Below, in pieces: positions 45,301-54,801 of a stretch of 63,641 nucleotides of DNA. The notes under the pieces were generated by a model. That model made no database searches and had not been told where the DNA came from. It was given only the letters and a program-made list of their open reading frames with translations. Source of the DNA: an uncultured Bacteroides sp. (GTDB lineage Bacteria > Bacteroidota > Bacteroidia > Bacteroidales > JACABE01); the NCBI GenBank assembly GCA_964646395.1, contig CAZYEM010000001.1, positions 1 to 63,641 on the forward strand. Direction: 5' to 3'. The translations under genes and the position numbers were made by a program. Numbering within the stretch: the first letter of the stretch is position 1; each line of letters starts with the position of its first letter.

Positions 45301-46984
45301 CACGAATAGACGTAGCTAAATCATAGGTTTCCTTATTTATAGGCGTTTCATTGCCTTCAGAATCTACTTTAAAGTACATTCCTCTTTTCTCTTTATATTC
45401 AGGTTTTTTACCACTTACAATGCCTTCTAAATAATCATTTGTTTCGTCTATCTTAGCCTGAATTAAATCAATTTGATCTTGCTTTTCTTTTTTAAATACA
45501 GGATCTAAATCAGTTAATTCTTCATATGCTTGTTGTTTTTTTATATTTAAAGCCTCTCTTTGTTCAATACCGCCAATAATCTTATACTTATCTTGAGGAG
45601 TTACTGTTGACGGTATTTTACTAGCTATATCTGCATATTGTTTTGCTGTAATATTTGCAGCTTGCGCTTCTTCTGGAGTTATATTTCCTTCTTCAACTTG
45701 TTTGTTTATTTCACTTTGAATAGTATTAACATCCTTTTCGTTTGCGATTTCTTCCCTAATTGCTTTTTTTGTATTTTGAAATGAGCCTACAAATCCTCCA
45801 CCAATAGCTCCGGGGCCGGTTGCCATTGCAGCAGAATTAATCATATTTTTACCTAAATTAGCAATTATATCTTCTTCATTAAAAACATCTGTTTTTGAAA
45901 TTTTATTTGTTAATAATTTAACCCCTTCTGCGGCACCTGTTTGCAATGCCTCTGTGCCGGGTTCTACCGCTGCTCCAGTTGCAGCTTTGATTCCAATTCT
46001 TTTTGCTTTAGACGCCATAGAGCTAGCCAATCGTATTGCTTCTTTTTCTACATCTTCAGCAGTTGCCTTAACACCTTTTGCAACAAATTTATCTACTATT
46101 TCATTGGCAATTTTTTGTTTTGCAGCTTTTCCTAATCCTGTATTTTTTAATATTAAATCTAAAGAAACCTTTTCTAAAGCATACTGAGCTGCTGCTTGCG
46201 TAAATATATAAGCCGCTTTTTGGCCATCATTTAATTTATTACCTTTATCTGTTTCATAAATTTCATTTGATGCATCACTAATTGACTGAGGTATATATGT
46301 AGTACCAGCAGTGTATGCCCCCATTATAAAACTTAATAATTGTCCCGGAGTTTGGAAAGCCATTGATTTTACATCTTTAGCGTCAACTCCACTGAAAATT
46401 GAAGATGGCTTTTCTTTTCCTTTATTTTTTACTAAAATTTCATTATATTTTTTTAATTGAATAGGAGTTAATTTTTCCGGATCAATCATTGTCAGCGTCA
46501 GTGCATCTTCTCTGGACATTTGATTTTCCTTCTGCACAGGTGTAACATCAAATTCTTTCGCTTGCTTTTGCTCGTATTCTTTTGATGATTTTTCAGATCT
46601 TAATTTATCAAAAAAAGATTCAGTTGATTTTTGAAATTCTCTTGCAGATGCAAGACGAGTAACCATAGCTTCTGGCCTACCCCCCAACACAGCTTCTGCC
46701 AAATATGCGGTTCCTCCTGCAAGGGATGATATAGGTTTAACAAGATTGTTATACATTCCAGCAAACCAATTATTGTCTTTTTGTGTATCTTTATTTACAG
46801 CAGAAGCTATTGGGCTTTTAGCCATAGCTAACCCTTGCTGAAACTTATCTTGAGATGGTAATGGTGTAACCGAAGATCCTAAAGGTGTAGATTCTTTTTT
46901 TTTTAAGATACCTAATGGATCTTGATCATTTTTAGGTTTTGACAATATACCTAAAGGATCGTTATTTAAAATTTCTTCTGCCAT
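39353..46984 (-). CDS. giant multidomain internal virion (ejection/core) protein, T7 gp16-analogue by position (2543 aa)
   Basis: It follows two smaller Gly/Ala/Gln-rich proteins in a gp14-gp15-gp16-like size series. It contains a kinase-like segment (aa about 1170-1330) and an HEAGH zinc motif (aa 1387-1391). It also has long Lys/Glu coiled coils and C-terminal hydrophobic segments (ANTSTILALGLAAAAAGA, GFISLLTVLLPNIVGLG). Confidence 0.5.
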   Translation of the reverse strand: MAEEILNNDPLGILSKPKNDQDPLGILKKKESTPLGSSVTPLPSQDKFQQGLAMAKSPIASAVNKDTQKDNNWFAGMYNNLVKPISSLAGGTAYLAEAVLGGRPEAMVTRLASAREFQKSTESFFDKLRSEKSSKEYEQKQAKEFDVTPVQKENQMSREDALTLTMIDPEKLTPIQLKKYNEILVKNKGKEKPSSIFSGVDAKDVKSMAFQTPGQLLSFIMGAYTAGTTYIPQSISDASNEIYETDKGNKLNDGQKAAYIFTQAAAQYALEKVSLDLILKNTGLGKAAKQKIANEIVDKFVAKGVKATAEDVEKEAIRLASSMASKAKRIGIKAATGAAVEPGTEALQTGAAEGVKLLTNKISKTDVFNEEDIIANLGKNMINSAAMATGPGAIGGGFVGSFQNTKKAIREEIANEKDVNTIQSEINKQVEEGNITPEEAQAANITAKQYADIASKIPSTVTPQDKYKIIGGIEQREALNIKKQQAYEELTDLDPVFKKEKQDQIDLIQAKIDETNDYLEGIVSGKKPEYKEKRGMYFKVDSEGNETPINKETYDLATSIRDEDKVKEKQQFDQFVNRIVEGERMQTPEDLQFYENNKTEIEKALKTKAEETKPAVVMPEENVAPQVVEPSKGAAVIMPEGNIAAETTVVGAQQQGKAPSVIMPEANVAPEVAVKPTEVDKRQKQLERVERLNPDAGFPLFNVGQVHNDGNRYIVSNATDNRTNRNAEGVVVISKIIEPAQVDENGKMTKAATVETTIFDSKEDAQKALQDNYNKYKAIAEERLSKAQAEVKPTEAKPEVKSKLEAFKTKFAPQPKEVSISGAKGAETRKIKEEAGKVMPKDARGFALSWLANSGEKISSDSVNKLLGSFRASLNVGKTKKTQEASTRDYVDNQGQEIDTIADNIWDNLPEGLEDKISSSQIRDQLEMLISEYPTKKAAAAALVQYAGEDLSLDQQRAKYEEGKGIEEMKTIPIVDSRGEIEGGYQVPVSDDRTFIFSKDYETEVKTIPIEFEGGFVPFVEGEEDLPFAVEEPTTEEVAQMQDIVKDYIDDGTTSLTEIKKAIAKELGYNTKKLRQTIDDAFNKYTATKKAAPAEVTSGVIGRIGNALKKMFGKDAQKPFIAKDSKALEAKLNDIKDDVRFQIEAGFRGTNDMPVAYRYDTDKVARERFDIPKLKQIGAGSDRVVFDLGDGKVLKVAKTPRGLEQNIHEGDYYLSGSIIPEVFERGLNYVVVEKIEPPLKATKGSDKLNDLLNKIQKFSQKDFDNHVPELQEVIEEYEMSDIFNYDLLWNDFKAKRNWGLKDGQPLHLDGGSFGGLQMLDKFKGQKPLSDPEFRDIYNKSKKAKIENKDVDKFTKFMATPDADILGFTYKNKMYLNGEKLNPNTPIHEAGHIWVEWTKTNDPKIYAKGMQLVEGSPYLAKAKESKFYQQQTENMNDAEKAEYFKNEALAMAIGDKGAQFVVESKKESFKDWLKALWTKIKSLTGFKDLTDQEFQDLTFEEFSKMAVKEILGVENDLDQFQAARSIKKKKEFVKNKIRGEANKRAIDDFEIDDMVKLIKADYDLQTFKNIKDAVQKRSAEEVLPSQPRKIGERRGERRRVEPRIEGQAVAGEGKTTQAEDFEEISEEIENVGLDNEDVDYLGITNKELNQLRESLGLPEYTGTEIETHEMLREIAAKMIKKKASIENLYKKIRNGQPLKNYEVAFMAEYRAALDLELKNNPSKELLEKVKEFVDNSQTAGSLSGKSLQSFQIVKKINEANTLSNFLLSRQEDKGFALTDKMISVETSKFEKVQKAKEDLEISIEQDIEKQLSYEAKKEPKKTKEEYAKERKEALEAAREAIKKVNRGDYGLFAVPTFGVPQLYAAAPHINKYARSLFSEGVSKLDDIVTEIQKEFSSIIDGLTKRDVIDVIAGKYNTQKRTENTINAGLRLLKREADLLGQLELARKGEEEAKTEKELATKSRRIVELERKIKEVRELNRSKEVAEEGVSEQSPSIGKDDSDKTYNEKRQKFIRKKIAKLEDDLKNKNFEKEVVEKPKYKESKKTKELYEKLIDLEKKITLERYKDRQSKLSKWEKGWDKAQSVLGIRRIIQTSIDASIWLRQLSKITFNPLHWDVALKFLNASGKSAFSQKNYDRLMYNLNQAPEYKDSVEDGIRYNDINKENVNELLPKSFIFEIPILKEPLLVSQRLADASLNIARYELYTKLTKNLLSKGITRESDPNEYKEMAKYVMNMTGSGNMLKVLETKSGEKVASSVFYGARLMASNINMLNPVYFLKMPKEVQKMAFRDLAANTSTILALGLAAAAAGAKISFDPDEPDFLQLRFGKKVYDITSGQAAYIRTFLRLVEAGYARAAKSKFEASESASFAWNSTLRFFRNKLAPNNSYVVSAIVGKNSIGEDFDPMEIVKIYPMYADDAYEAAKEDGFISLLTVLLPNIVGLGYSSYYRESALKPMDEIIMRAKNSDEMNPESVKKNITKDEFKQFVKLRDSLIEEKMKELYEEGYNDTPLKELTNEEIAKAILLIKRKATKEAKSELEFDNEDEE

Positions 46985-46986
46985 TA

Positions 46987-48513
46987 TTATTGTTTAATTG
47001 TACCTAATTTAATAGCCTCTTTTATTTGATCATCAGTATAACCCATCTTATTTAAATCAGATTTTGTATACTTTTTACCTCCTGCAATATAAGTTTTTTC
47101 ATCTGATTTTTCCCCTTTTCGAGCTATTTCTGTTTTCCCAGCAGCGGTTGCTTGTCCCTCTATATTCACATCCTGCTCATTCAGTGGAACAATCATATCA
47201 CCCAATAATTGCTTTTTACTATTATATTTATATATAGCTATTTCTCCTTGTGGATTTTTCTTTAAAACTATATTAGTTTGATTTAATTCATCTTTACCTT
47301 TTCCACTTGCATCTCTTGCAAAATCTAATAATATACCTTGAGTTTTTGCTGAAAGTTCATTAAAAGGTGTAGCAAATCCTTCTTTTGTAGATTCTACTAA
47401 ATTTTTAATACCAGACCATAAATCAACTGTTGGCGTACCTTCTTTTGGAATATTTATATTAGTATCTGCTTTTACCTTTCTTTCTTTGCTTGTAAAACCG
47501 CTTACATTTTTTTTGGTTATATAATCATAAAGTGCATTTTTTTGAGCATTATACTTTTCAACAGGTGTAAAATTTTTGTATGTAGGAAACTTTTGCTTTG
47601 CTAATGCAATGACATTTGTTTTCCCAATTGGATCGTCTGCGAAATTGCTATATACATCATCAGGAACTACTTTAAAATCAAGTCCTGTTAATTTTTTTAT
47701 TTCAGGAATGATTTCTGACTTAACCCTTGTTTCGGGTACAAATCCTTTTGGCAAATAATCCCCCTCTATATACCCTTCTGGTAATACCGCTTCAGCAAAA
47801 AATGGAACTTTACCTTCAAATGGAACAAAGTCTTTTGAAGAACCTACTGCCAAATTCATTTCTCTTACAGATTTGGGGCTTACTACTTGCTTTTCTAAAT
47901 CGCTTATATCTGTTAAATAATCACTTAAGTTATCCGGATCTAATAAGTTAGTAGCAAATTCAGATTGCTGAACCTCTAGTGGATTTTTAAATGAAACTCC
48001 ATCTTCTATTCTTCTATTAACTACATCTTTTCTATAATCTCGCAATATTCTTGGCGCATCTAATTTTGGCATTATCTGCTTCATATTTTTTAGTTCATTT
48101 TCAAAATTTTCGCCTTCCGCTTTTAATGCGTTCATTCCTTGTGCAGTAGAAGCTATTTCTTTATTAATTCCCTCAAAAATATCAGCATCGTTAACCTTAC
48201 CCTGCCTTGCAAGGTCTATATATTTTTTTCTTATTTCAAAAGCATTTTTATTTCCAATAGCATTTGCTACATCATTTGCTGTTTGATATTTTGACAAATC
48301 AGAAAGCTCTTGTATAGTTTGCATTTTTCTATACAATTGAGCTTCATCTCTTTCAGCTTTTCTTTCAGCAATTTCCTGTTGACGCATTTGCATTTGAGCA
48401 AGATTTTCACCTTGTCTTTGCACTTGTTCAGTTGCAGACTGCAAAGCCTGTCCCGGAGCTTGAAACACATTTGGAAGCGTTACCGCATAACTACCTAAAT
48501 TTCCGTTTGCCAT
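46987..48513 (-). CDS. internal virion protein candidate (508 aa, gp15-like by position)
   Basis: It is co-oriented and abuts the giant gene. The N-terminus is helical and Gln-rich. No motif recognised. Confidence 0.4.
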   Translation of the reverse strand: MANGNLGSYAVTLPNVFQAPGQALQSATEQVQRQGENLAQMQMRQQEIAERKAERDEAQLYRKMQTIQELSDLSKYQTANDVANAIGNKNAFEIRKKYIDLARQGKVNDADIFEGINKEIASTAQGMNALKAEGENFENELKNMKQIMPKLDAPRILRDYRKDVVNRRIEDGVSFKNPLEVQQSEFATNLLDPDNLSDYLTDISDLEKQVVSPKSVREMNLAVGSSKDFVPFEGKVPFFAEAVLPEGYIEGDYLPKGFVPETRVKSEIIPEIKKLTGLDFKVVPDDVYSNFADDPIGKTNVIALAKQKFPTYKNFTPVEKYNAQKNALYDYITKKNVSGFTSKERKVKADTNINIPKEGTPTVDLWSGIKNLVESTKEGFATPFNELSAKTQGILLDFARDASGKGKDELNQTNIVLKKNPQGEIAIYKYNSKKQLLGDMIVPLNEQDVNIEGQATAAGKTEIARKGEKSDEKTYIAGGKKYTKSDLNKMGYTDDQIKEAIKLGTIKQ

Positions 48514-48516
48514 TTG

Positions 48517-49215
48517 TTATTGATTTGAAAAATTTAAACCGTATGGGTTACCCATCATTCTATTTATTTGCTTTTGCGATAAATTGCTTCCTATTGTTGG
48601 AGCAACTGAACCAACCCCCTTCCCAATCAATCCGCGCAATGCCTCATTGTAATCCTGAGCATTTTGATAATTACCATATTGCATTAATCCTCCTGCGATA
48701 TCGCTTGCCCCACCGAATATATTACTAATACCAGATTGACGTAATGCATTTTGTGCATTTGCATCAAATTGGAATTTCATCATTTTATTTTGTTGTACTT
48801 TATCTCCTTCTCCAATAGACATTGCATATGCTCTACTTAAATTATCAAACATACCCATTTTTTGTTGAGCTTCTTGCGCTGCAAGGTTTGATAGTGCTGC
48901 ATTAGTTGCGCCTTGTGATCCTGCGCCTAGTGCTAATAATGTTGCAGAGTCAGTTGCGCCTCTTTGACCTGCTGCCAATTGATTTGCTTGAGCTGCTTGA
49001 ATATTGGCTTGAGCTTGACTCATGCCCGGCGTTCTGCCATAAAATAATTGTTGAGCTACACCTAAATTTTGTTTAGCTAAAGGATTTTCTTTATACTCTG
49101 CAAATTGAGGATTTAATCTGTTTGCTTTACTCATCTGAGTTGCACCGAATATCCCTTTACCTAAAGCGCTTACACCGCTTACTATGAGGCCAGCTGTCAT
49201 TGGATCTATTGGCAT
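48517..49215 (-). CDS. internal virion protein candidate (232 aa, gp14-like by position)
   Basis: The composition is Gly/Ala/Gln/Asn-rich (AGLIVSGVSALGKGIFGATQ, LALGAGSQGATNAALSNLAAQEAQQ), typical of ejected core proteins. Confidence 0.4.
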   Translation of the reverse strand: MPIDPMTAGLIVSGVSALGKGIFGATQMSKANRLNPQFAEYKENPLAKQNLGVAQQLFYGRTPGMSQAQANIQAAQANQLAAGQRGATDSATLLALGAGSQGATNAALSNLAAQEAQQKMGMFDNLSRAYAMSIGEGDKVQQNKMMKFQFDANAQNALRQSGISNIFGGASDIAGGLMQYGNYQNAQDYNEALRGLIGKGVGSVAPTIGSNLSQKQINRMMGNPYGLNFSNQ

Positions 49216-49245
49216 AATGTTCTATTTAAATTAAAATTAATACTT

Positions 49246-52200
49246 TTATTGATTACCTAAAATAAAATTTTGACCTCTTGACAGGTTAAATCCTACATCT
49301 ACAAAATTAACATAAATTATTGAGTCGTAAGACTGCCATTCAGCCATAATTTGAGGAATTTGAGAAAGAATTACATCTCCGTTTAACATCTTCTGATCCG
49401 GCGTACCTGTTGCATTGGGCGATAGTCTATCTCTCAAAAACCTTCCGTAGTATATTCCTTCTTGGCTTACAAACTCTGTTTCTGTCAAATCTGTAATTTG
49501 TGTGTTTGGAAGCGTAGTGTACAAAACCGTGTAATCTGGGGCTTGATTACCCTCAACTACCAATTCTGCCATATCTTTTAATCCGCTTAATGGTTGATTA
49601 ACCACCCAACAAATCCTAACGGGGTATTGAGTACCAAACCAAGTGTTCCACGTGGAAGTATTAGTATTAAACTCATATAAAGCCCCGTTTTTAAAGCCAA
49701 ACATTCTGTTTTCAAAATATTCGTATTGTTCAGCTATAAATTGATAGTCGCTTTTCCATTGGTTATCTTGCAAATGAAAAACTACGGTCTTAGACAAGTT
49801 ATCAGACATATCAAATCTATTTATAATAGAACTTGCGTATGCTGGTACAGTTGGATAACTAGGCAATGTGTCTGCATAGTTCTCATAAATCAAGCCCGGC
49901 AATGATATTCCAAATTCTTTATGGAATGGATCAATGTAGGTTGGAATATGATGAAATCCGTTTATATTATCTAAGTTATTAGAATTAGCTGCTAAATAGC
50001 CTTTTGCATAATTTTTAAATAGTCTTTCCATTTTGAAAGAACTAATTGGGAATACTCCATTTGAGCTATATTGAGCTATTTGGCCGTTATTAAGGTCATA
50101 CCAAAAAATAACCCCAAGATACTCAACTACCGTTTCTGGCTGTGTTGTGCCTAGCATACCCTTTAATACATTAATTGTACCTATTACAGCCACATCTTGA
50201 GCTAAGAAGGCATTTTGAGATGCTCCTACCACTTGAACCTCGCCAAGATAACAAGATGCCGTCTGGAACGATCCAATGGCTAACATAACAACCCCCTGCT
50301 CTGTTGTTTTAGATGCAAGTTGTAATTTTTGTATATTACCCATGCCAAGTGGCACTGTTTTAAAATTTAATACTTCAAACGTACTTAAGCCGTTGTTAGA
50401 TGCGCCGGTTGTATAAACATTAGAATATCTTATTTCATATTCATTTCTAGCTTGCCCTAAATTTGTTATAAAATTAGGCCATCCAGAATTTGTATTCCAA
50501 TATTGCCATGCTCTGTCAAATGGCGACATATTTTCAGTAAAATAATTTGTACTAGCCGCATCGATTCTTTGTAAAATATAAACATCCCCTATTAATTGTC
50601 CGTTAATTGTACTAAATTCCCTATTTGATTGAGTAGGATTTTCTATTTCATAAACCTGACTTACCTCATAATAAGGCTCTTGAGTAGAACTTTTTTTAGG
50701 CGTATATAATTCTATTATTTTATAATCCGAAGTAGAAACAGTACCAAAATCAAACGCTTCTATCAATACATATTCACCATCTTGGCCTAAGACTTGGACA
50801 TTGTAACTTGCACTTGTGTCTGTTATTCTGCACATATCTCCTTCTTTATAATTATACCCTAAACCCACAGATGTTAAACTTGAAATATTTAAGCCAATTG
50901 CATAAACACCTATTGAATATGTATTACCATAAGTATACCCGCCTCCAGAAGCAATATCTTGCTTTGTTGCATATTGAATACCATTTGTAGCTATTTGTAC
51001 AAAATCGGATTGTATTAAATTTTTAGTTTGAACTATTTGGTAATAATATGCCCAATTAGGTATTTCATTTATGGCATTTGTATTACTTAATGTCCAATTT
51101 AAATATTGAATAAAAGAATTTTGATCTTCTGTTAAATTAGCTAATGTGTAATTAATTGGTTTGTCAACTACACCAGATCTTCTTCTAAATCTATCATAAA
51201 ATACCACAGATATATTATATGTAGCACTACTTTTAAATACGGTTTGCGCACTAAAAGCGTCTACGTTATTAACTATTGTAACATAATAAGATGGAGTTGA
51301 TCCAGAGGTAAATGTAAATGCGGGATTACCAAAAAAAGGAGGATACCATTCATAATTTGTATTTGCTGGATTGTAATTTGCAACATACCATGTTAAAAAA
51401 TTACCTTCGTTCGCAAATTCCCCATCTGCATCAGACAAATCTAGTGTTGCTGGGAAACCATTATAATAACTATTTTTATAGGCATTGTAAAAATAAGTAG
51501 TATTTACCTCTCCTGCAGCGTAAAGATACCCTACAACTTCTGATCTTATATCTCCTGTATCATATTTATTTCTAATAGCGATGCTATATGTTTTAACAAC
51601 TGATATAAAACTATTACTTGAAGGTGTAGTTGATGTTGTGGACGCAATGGCTAAACTTGTAGTTAATGGGGTGTCATACCCTGCTAAATTATTTGCTAAA
51701 AATAACCTAGCTGTTGCTGTTTCCAATGTTGTACTTTTTAATGGTACTAAATCATACGGAACAGAAGTTTCACTTGAACTTAAAGGAATACCAACTATAT
51801 CATTATAAAAATCAAATTCAAGTTGATTTGTTCCTTCGTTATGTTCAAATATCGCTAAAGCATCATCCGGATTATTTCTATCAAATGTTTTTACAATATA
51901 AATAACATTAGTAACAACATCCTTAGCACAAATATTTATTTTTTCAATTTCGCTTTCTATGTATTCAGATAAAGGAACGCTACACGCTATGTAATTATTT
52001 GTTTCGCCCGGCGTATTAAAATTCATCAAATTACTAAAAGCAGATAGTCTAGATCTTTCATTATCTACAAAATCATAAAAATAACACATTTGAAATGCGG
52101 AATTTTCAATAAAATTATTATCAAAACTTACATTTTCGGCTTTATTTACATTTAATGCATAAAAAGGCGGACGTCTAATTATTGTAAAAGTAGTATATGG

Positions 52201-52719
52201 GATGCCGCCAGATGGAATTTCATACGCAGTTTCGTTTGTATTATATTCAGCTTGGTTGGTCTTAATCCCCTTATCAATGTTGATTTTCTTGGGTTCGTTG
52301 TAGTTGTCTGACCAATACAACACCCCATTTATTACCTTACAATTACGATCTATTCTGTAATCTTTATTAAAATTTAATCCGCCTTCTATTTGACTATCGT
52401 ATATTACTGCATAAACCTGATTTGCTACCATGTCATAACAATAAATACCATGATCTCCAATAGTATTATAAACAAACCACGCCATTCGTTCGTTTTCTAT
52501 ATCTATACAGCTTCCGATTGTAATATTTGATCCATATGGAGGATATTTTGATTGAGGTATTGAAGTTGTACCCGGCACACCCTCGACACGATTATTTCTA
52601 CCGTATTGAGTTACACCGACTCTGCCGTTCATTACTCTCAAATATTGAGCATCTTGAATTAAGTGTAAACTATCATCTTGATTTGCTCCTCCTGTAAAAA
52701 TCTTTTTGTTTCTGATCAT
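49246..52719 (-). CDS. large tail structural protein (1157 aa), tail-tubular-B/nozzle-like by position, beta-propeller-like N-terminus
   Basis: The N-terminal region has YWTD-like blades (GVLYWSDNYNEPKKINI, HGIYCYDMVANQVYAV). The call rests on size and on position upstream of the core proteins. Confidence 0.45.
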   Translation of the reverse strand: MIRNKKIFTGGANQDDSLHLIQDAQYLRVMNGRVGVTQYGRNNRVEGVPGTTSIPQSKYPPYGSNITIGSCIDIENERMAWFVYNTIGDHGIYCYDMVANQVYAVIYDSQIEGGLNFNKDYRIDRNCKVINGVLYWSDNYNEPKKINIDKGIKTNQAEYNTNETAYEIPSGGIPYTTFTIIRRPPFYALNVNKAENVSFDNNFIENSAFQMCYFYDFVDNERSRLSAFSNLMNFNTPGETNNYIACSVPLSEYIESEIEKINICAKDVVTNVIYIVKTFDRNNPDDALAIFEHNEGTNQLEFDFYNDIVGIPLSSSETSVPYDLVPLKSTTLETATARLFLANNLAGYDTPLTTSLAIASTTSTTPSSNSFISVVKTYSIAIRNKYDTGDIRSEVVGYLYAAGEVNTTYFYNAYKNSYYNGFPATLDLSDADGEFANEGNFLTWYVANYNPANTNYEWYPPFFGNPAFTFTSGSTPSYYVTIVNNVDAFSAQTVFKSSATYNISVVFYDRFRRRSGVVDKPINYTLANLTEDQNSFIQYLNWTLSNTNAINEIPNWAYYYQIVQTKNLIQSDFVQIATNGIQYATKQDIASGGGYTYGNTYSIGVYAIGLNISSLTSVGLGYNYKEGDMCRITDTSASYNVQVLGQDGEYVLIEAFDFGTVSTSDYKIIELYTPKKSSTQEPYYEVSQVYEIENPTQSNREFSTINGQLIGDVYILQRIDAASTNYFTENMSPFDRAWQYWNTNSGWPNFITNLGQARNEYEIRYSNVYTTGASNNGLSTFEVLNFKTVPLGMGNIQKLQLASKTTEQGVVMLAIGSFQTASCYLGEVQVVGASQNAFLAQDVAVIGTINVLKGMLGTTQPETVVEYLGVIFWYDLNNGQIAQYSSNGVFPISSFKMERLFKNYAKGYLAANSNNLDNINGFHHIPTYIDPFHKEFGISLPGLIYENYADTLPSYPTVPAYASSIINRFDMSDNLSKTVVFHLQDNQWKSDYQFIAEQYEYFENRMFGFKNGALYEFNTNTSTWNTWFGTQYPVRICWVVNQPLSGLKDMAELVVEGNQAPDYTVLYTTLPNTQITDLTETEFVSQEGIYYGRFLRDRLSPNATGTPDQKMLNGDVILSQIPQIMAEWQSYDSIIYVNFVDVGFNLSRGQNFILGNQ

Positions 52720-52724
52720 TTCAA

Positions 52725-53513
52725 TTATGATTTTGGTGCGCCCATTGTATTTTTCTGAACAATTCTCTTAATCTTCTCTACACTCCAATCTGATTTTCTA
52801 GCTCTTAATATTTTTCTTTCTTTAATATAATAATTTTCAGCTAATTGCCTTTCTCCCATATTGTAAGTTCTGTTATGAGCTTTCATTTGGTATTCAATAT
52901 AAGCCTGAATTGTTCTAATAGCATATGGATCTACTTGTGATGCGGCGTCTGCTGATTGACCATCAGAAACATATTGTAAAACAATATTTTCTACATAAAA
53001 TTTTTGATCTAATTGGATTTGGTTTCTTTCTTTAAATACTTGAAACGTATCCTCTTGATAGCCTGCTCCTAAACCAAAAAATCTACCAATGTTTTCACCA
53101 TAATCATTATACCTTACGGTAAACCATTGAGCATATGGCAAAGCTCCGTAATAAAGTTGATTTTCATTAGATCCGGGTGGCACCACATTGTCAGTCCATT
53201 CTTGCTCCGAAAAATTTTGATTTACATCTAAACTAATCAATGGGTTTAATGTACTTGTAGGTACTAGAGGTCTTATTCTTTGACCAATCATAACTCCAAC
53301 AGTTACATAATCTTGATAATCTTCTGGTAGCTCTGCTGCGTTAATTTTTTGATTTACTGGCAATATCTTTGTGTTAATTACTCTTAAGTCATCAAAAGTA
53401 ATTTCACGCAAGCAATCTGCCGCGTATACCATAAACTGCATATACCAATGAAGTGGGTATCCTTTTTTAAGTAAATAGTTTTTTACTATAAAATCTAAAC
53501 TAGCTGTTGTCAT
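52725..53513 (-). CDS. virion structural protein (262 aa), tail-tubular-A/adaptor-like by position
   Basis: Positional only. It is tightly packed in the late block. Confidence 0.35.
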   Translation of the reverse strand: MTTASLDFIVKNYLLKKGYPLHWYMQFMVYAADCLREITFDDLRVINTKILPVNQKINAAELPEDYQDYVTVGVMIGQRIRPLVPTSTLNPLISLDVNQNFSEQEWTDNVVPPGSNENQLYYGALPYAQWFTVRYNDYGENIGRFFGLGAGYQEDTFQVFKERNQIQLDQKFYVENIVLQYVSDGQSADAASQVDPYAIRTIQAYIEYQMKAHNRTYNMGERQLAENYYIKERKILRARKSDWSVEKIKRIVQKNTMGAPKS

Positions 53514-53515
53514 CT

Positions 53516-54157
53516 TTAATTAGTTTTGCTTTGTAATTCACTATAACTATTAACAATTCCTGTTTCTGGAACTATTGGAGCAAATTTAGCGAATACTTTT
53601 TCTATAATTTCTTCTTCCATATTAGCTGGTATTGGTAATGGATCTGTGTTTGAATATAATGATATATCCATAACAACTAAATACATATTTACCTCTGATA
53701 CATCAAGAAGTGTAATATCTTTTGAAAATATAACCTCATTCTTTCTTACCTCATAATAAACGCTTCCTAAAAGGTCATTTAACAATTTATCTGCTTTTAA
53801 TAATGCTCCTTGTCCTAATGGAACAGGAATAAAATCAATATCGTTTGTATTTACTACTCTATAAATACCCATGTTTCTTGGTAAGGAAATTGGAACTATT
53901 GGCAATTCTGCCTTTGCTCTATCGCCATACGAAGTAACCTGAATATTTTCGTAAAACGCCACCATTAAATTGTCTGGTATTGTTTCGCCGGTTGGCAATA
54001 CTGCGCTGTAATATTGCGTTTGAAACATGGTATTAATAACCTGCTCAATTGCTTTTACTACATCTTCCATTTGAACAGATTGAGCTACATCTCTGTAACC
54101 ACCTGCTAATCTTAGCAAAACCTGCTCGGCCATTAAAAATTTAGTACTATTAGCCAT
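53516..54157 (-). CDS. virion structural protein (213 aa)
   Basis: Positional only. Confidence 0.35.
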   Translation of the reverse strand: MANSTKFLMAEQVLLRLAGGYRDVAQSVQMEDVVKAIEQVINTMFQTQYYSAVLPTGETIPDNLMVAFYENIQVTSYGDRAKAELPIVPISLPRNMGIYRVVNTNDIDFIPVPLGQGALLKADKLLNDLLGSVYYEVRKNEVIFSKDITLLDVSEVNMYLVVMDISLYSNTDPLPIPANMEEEIIEKVFAKFAPIVPETGIVNSYSELQSKTN

Positions 54158-54159
54158 TT

Positions 54160-54801
54160 TTATTTAGTTTCTTGTGTTTGTAATTGAGCAAATTGCTGAA
54201 TGTCTTGTTCAGCCATATTAATACCCCAAAATTTCAATGCACGCGCTATAATGTTATTGATGTAAACATCTGTAAATTCTAATTGAGTGCTAGTGTTTGG
54301 ATTGTAAGTTATTGTTCTACCTGCCTGAGTATATCCTAAAACCGGAGTGGCTGGTCTGCGTAAATAATTGTAAAAGCCTGTTTGAGTTGATTGAGGATAT
54401 ATTTGAAATCCGACAGCCGTGTCTTTTGCAATTGGTTTGGCAGTTGAAACAGGTCTTAATTGACTTGTTAATGCAAAAGGTAATTCATCTTCGTTAACAA
54501 ATCTTACTGCGTTAATCGTGCTTCCTGTAACCGTATATGGGTTACCAATCATATGCAAATAATCAGATCCAAATGTTACCTGTCCGTCTGATGCAGATGT
54601 AAACTGAACCTGTGATCTTAGTTTCCTAATTGCATCATGAATTATTTGAGTAACGCCATATTGAGAAAACCAATCTTCGGTTGCCTCAAGCTGTGCGTTA
54701 TCAATAGTCTGCATCGCTTCGGGTATTGTTATAAATACCCCTCTTTCTTTTCTTACGATAAAGACTAAGAAATTATATACATCATTAATGTTGTATGCCA
54801 T
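54160..54801 (-). CDS. virion structural protein (213 aa)
   Basis: Positional only. Confidence 0.35.
   Translation of the reverse strand: MAYNINDVYNFLVFIVRKERGVFITIPEAMQTIDNAQLEATEDWFSQYGVTQIIHDAIRKLRSQVQFTSASDGQVTFGSDYLHMIGNPYTVTGSTINAVRFVNEDELPFALTSQLRPVSTAKPIAKDTAVGFQIYPQSTQTGFYNYLRRPATPVLGYTQAGRTITYNPNTSTQLEFTDVYINNIIARALKFWGINMAEQDIQQFAQLQTQETK

Noticed and set aside
37453-46187. Short plus-strand ORFs within TerL, the small terminase gene and the giant gene (for example 37453..37755, 38727..38972, 39051..39254, 42312..42506, 44427..45309 and 45941..46187).
   Set aside because: They are antisense to long, motif-bearing genes and have low-complexity products.
39353-46984. I considered whether the 2543-aa protein is a tape-measure protein or a virion-packaged RNA polymerase, as in N4 and crAss-like phages.
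   Set aside because: I could not find a two-barrel DxDGD-type or T7-like polymerase motif. There are no tail tube, sheath or chaperone genes around it. The surrounding order matches T7 core proteins. The question remains open until profile or structure searches are run.
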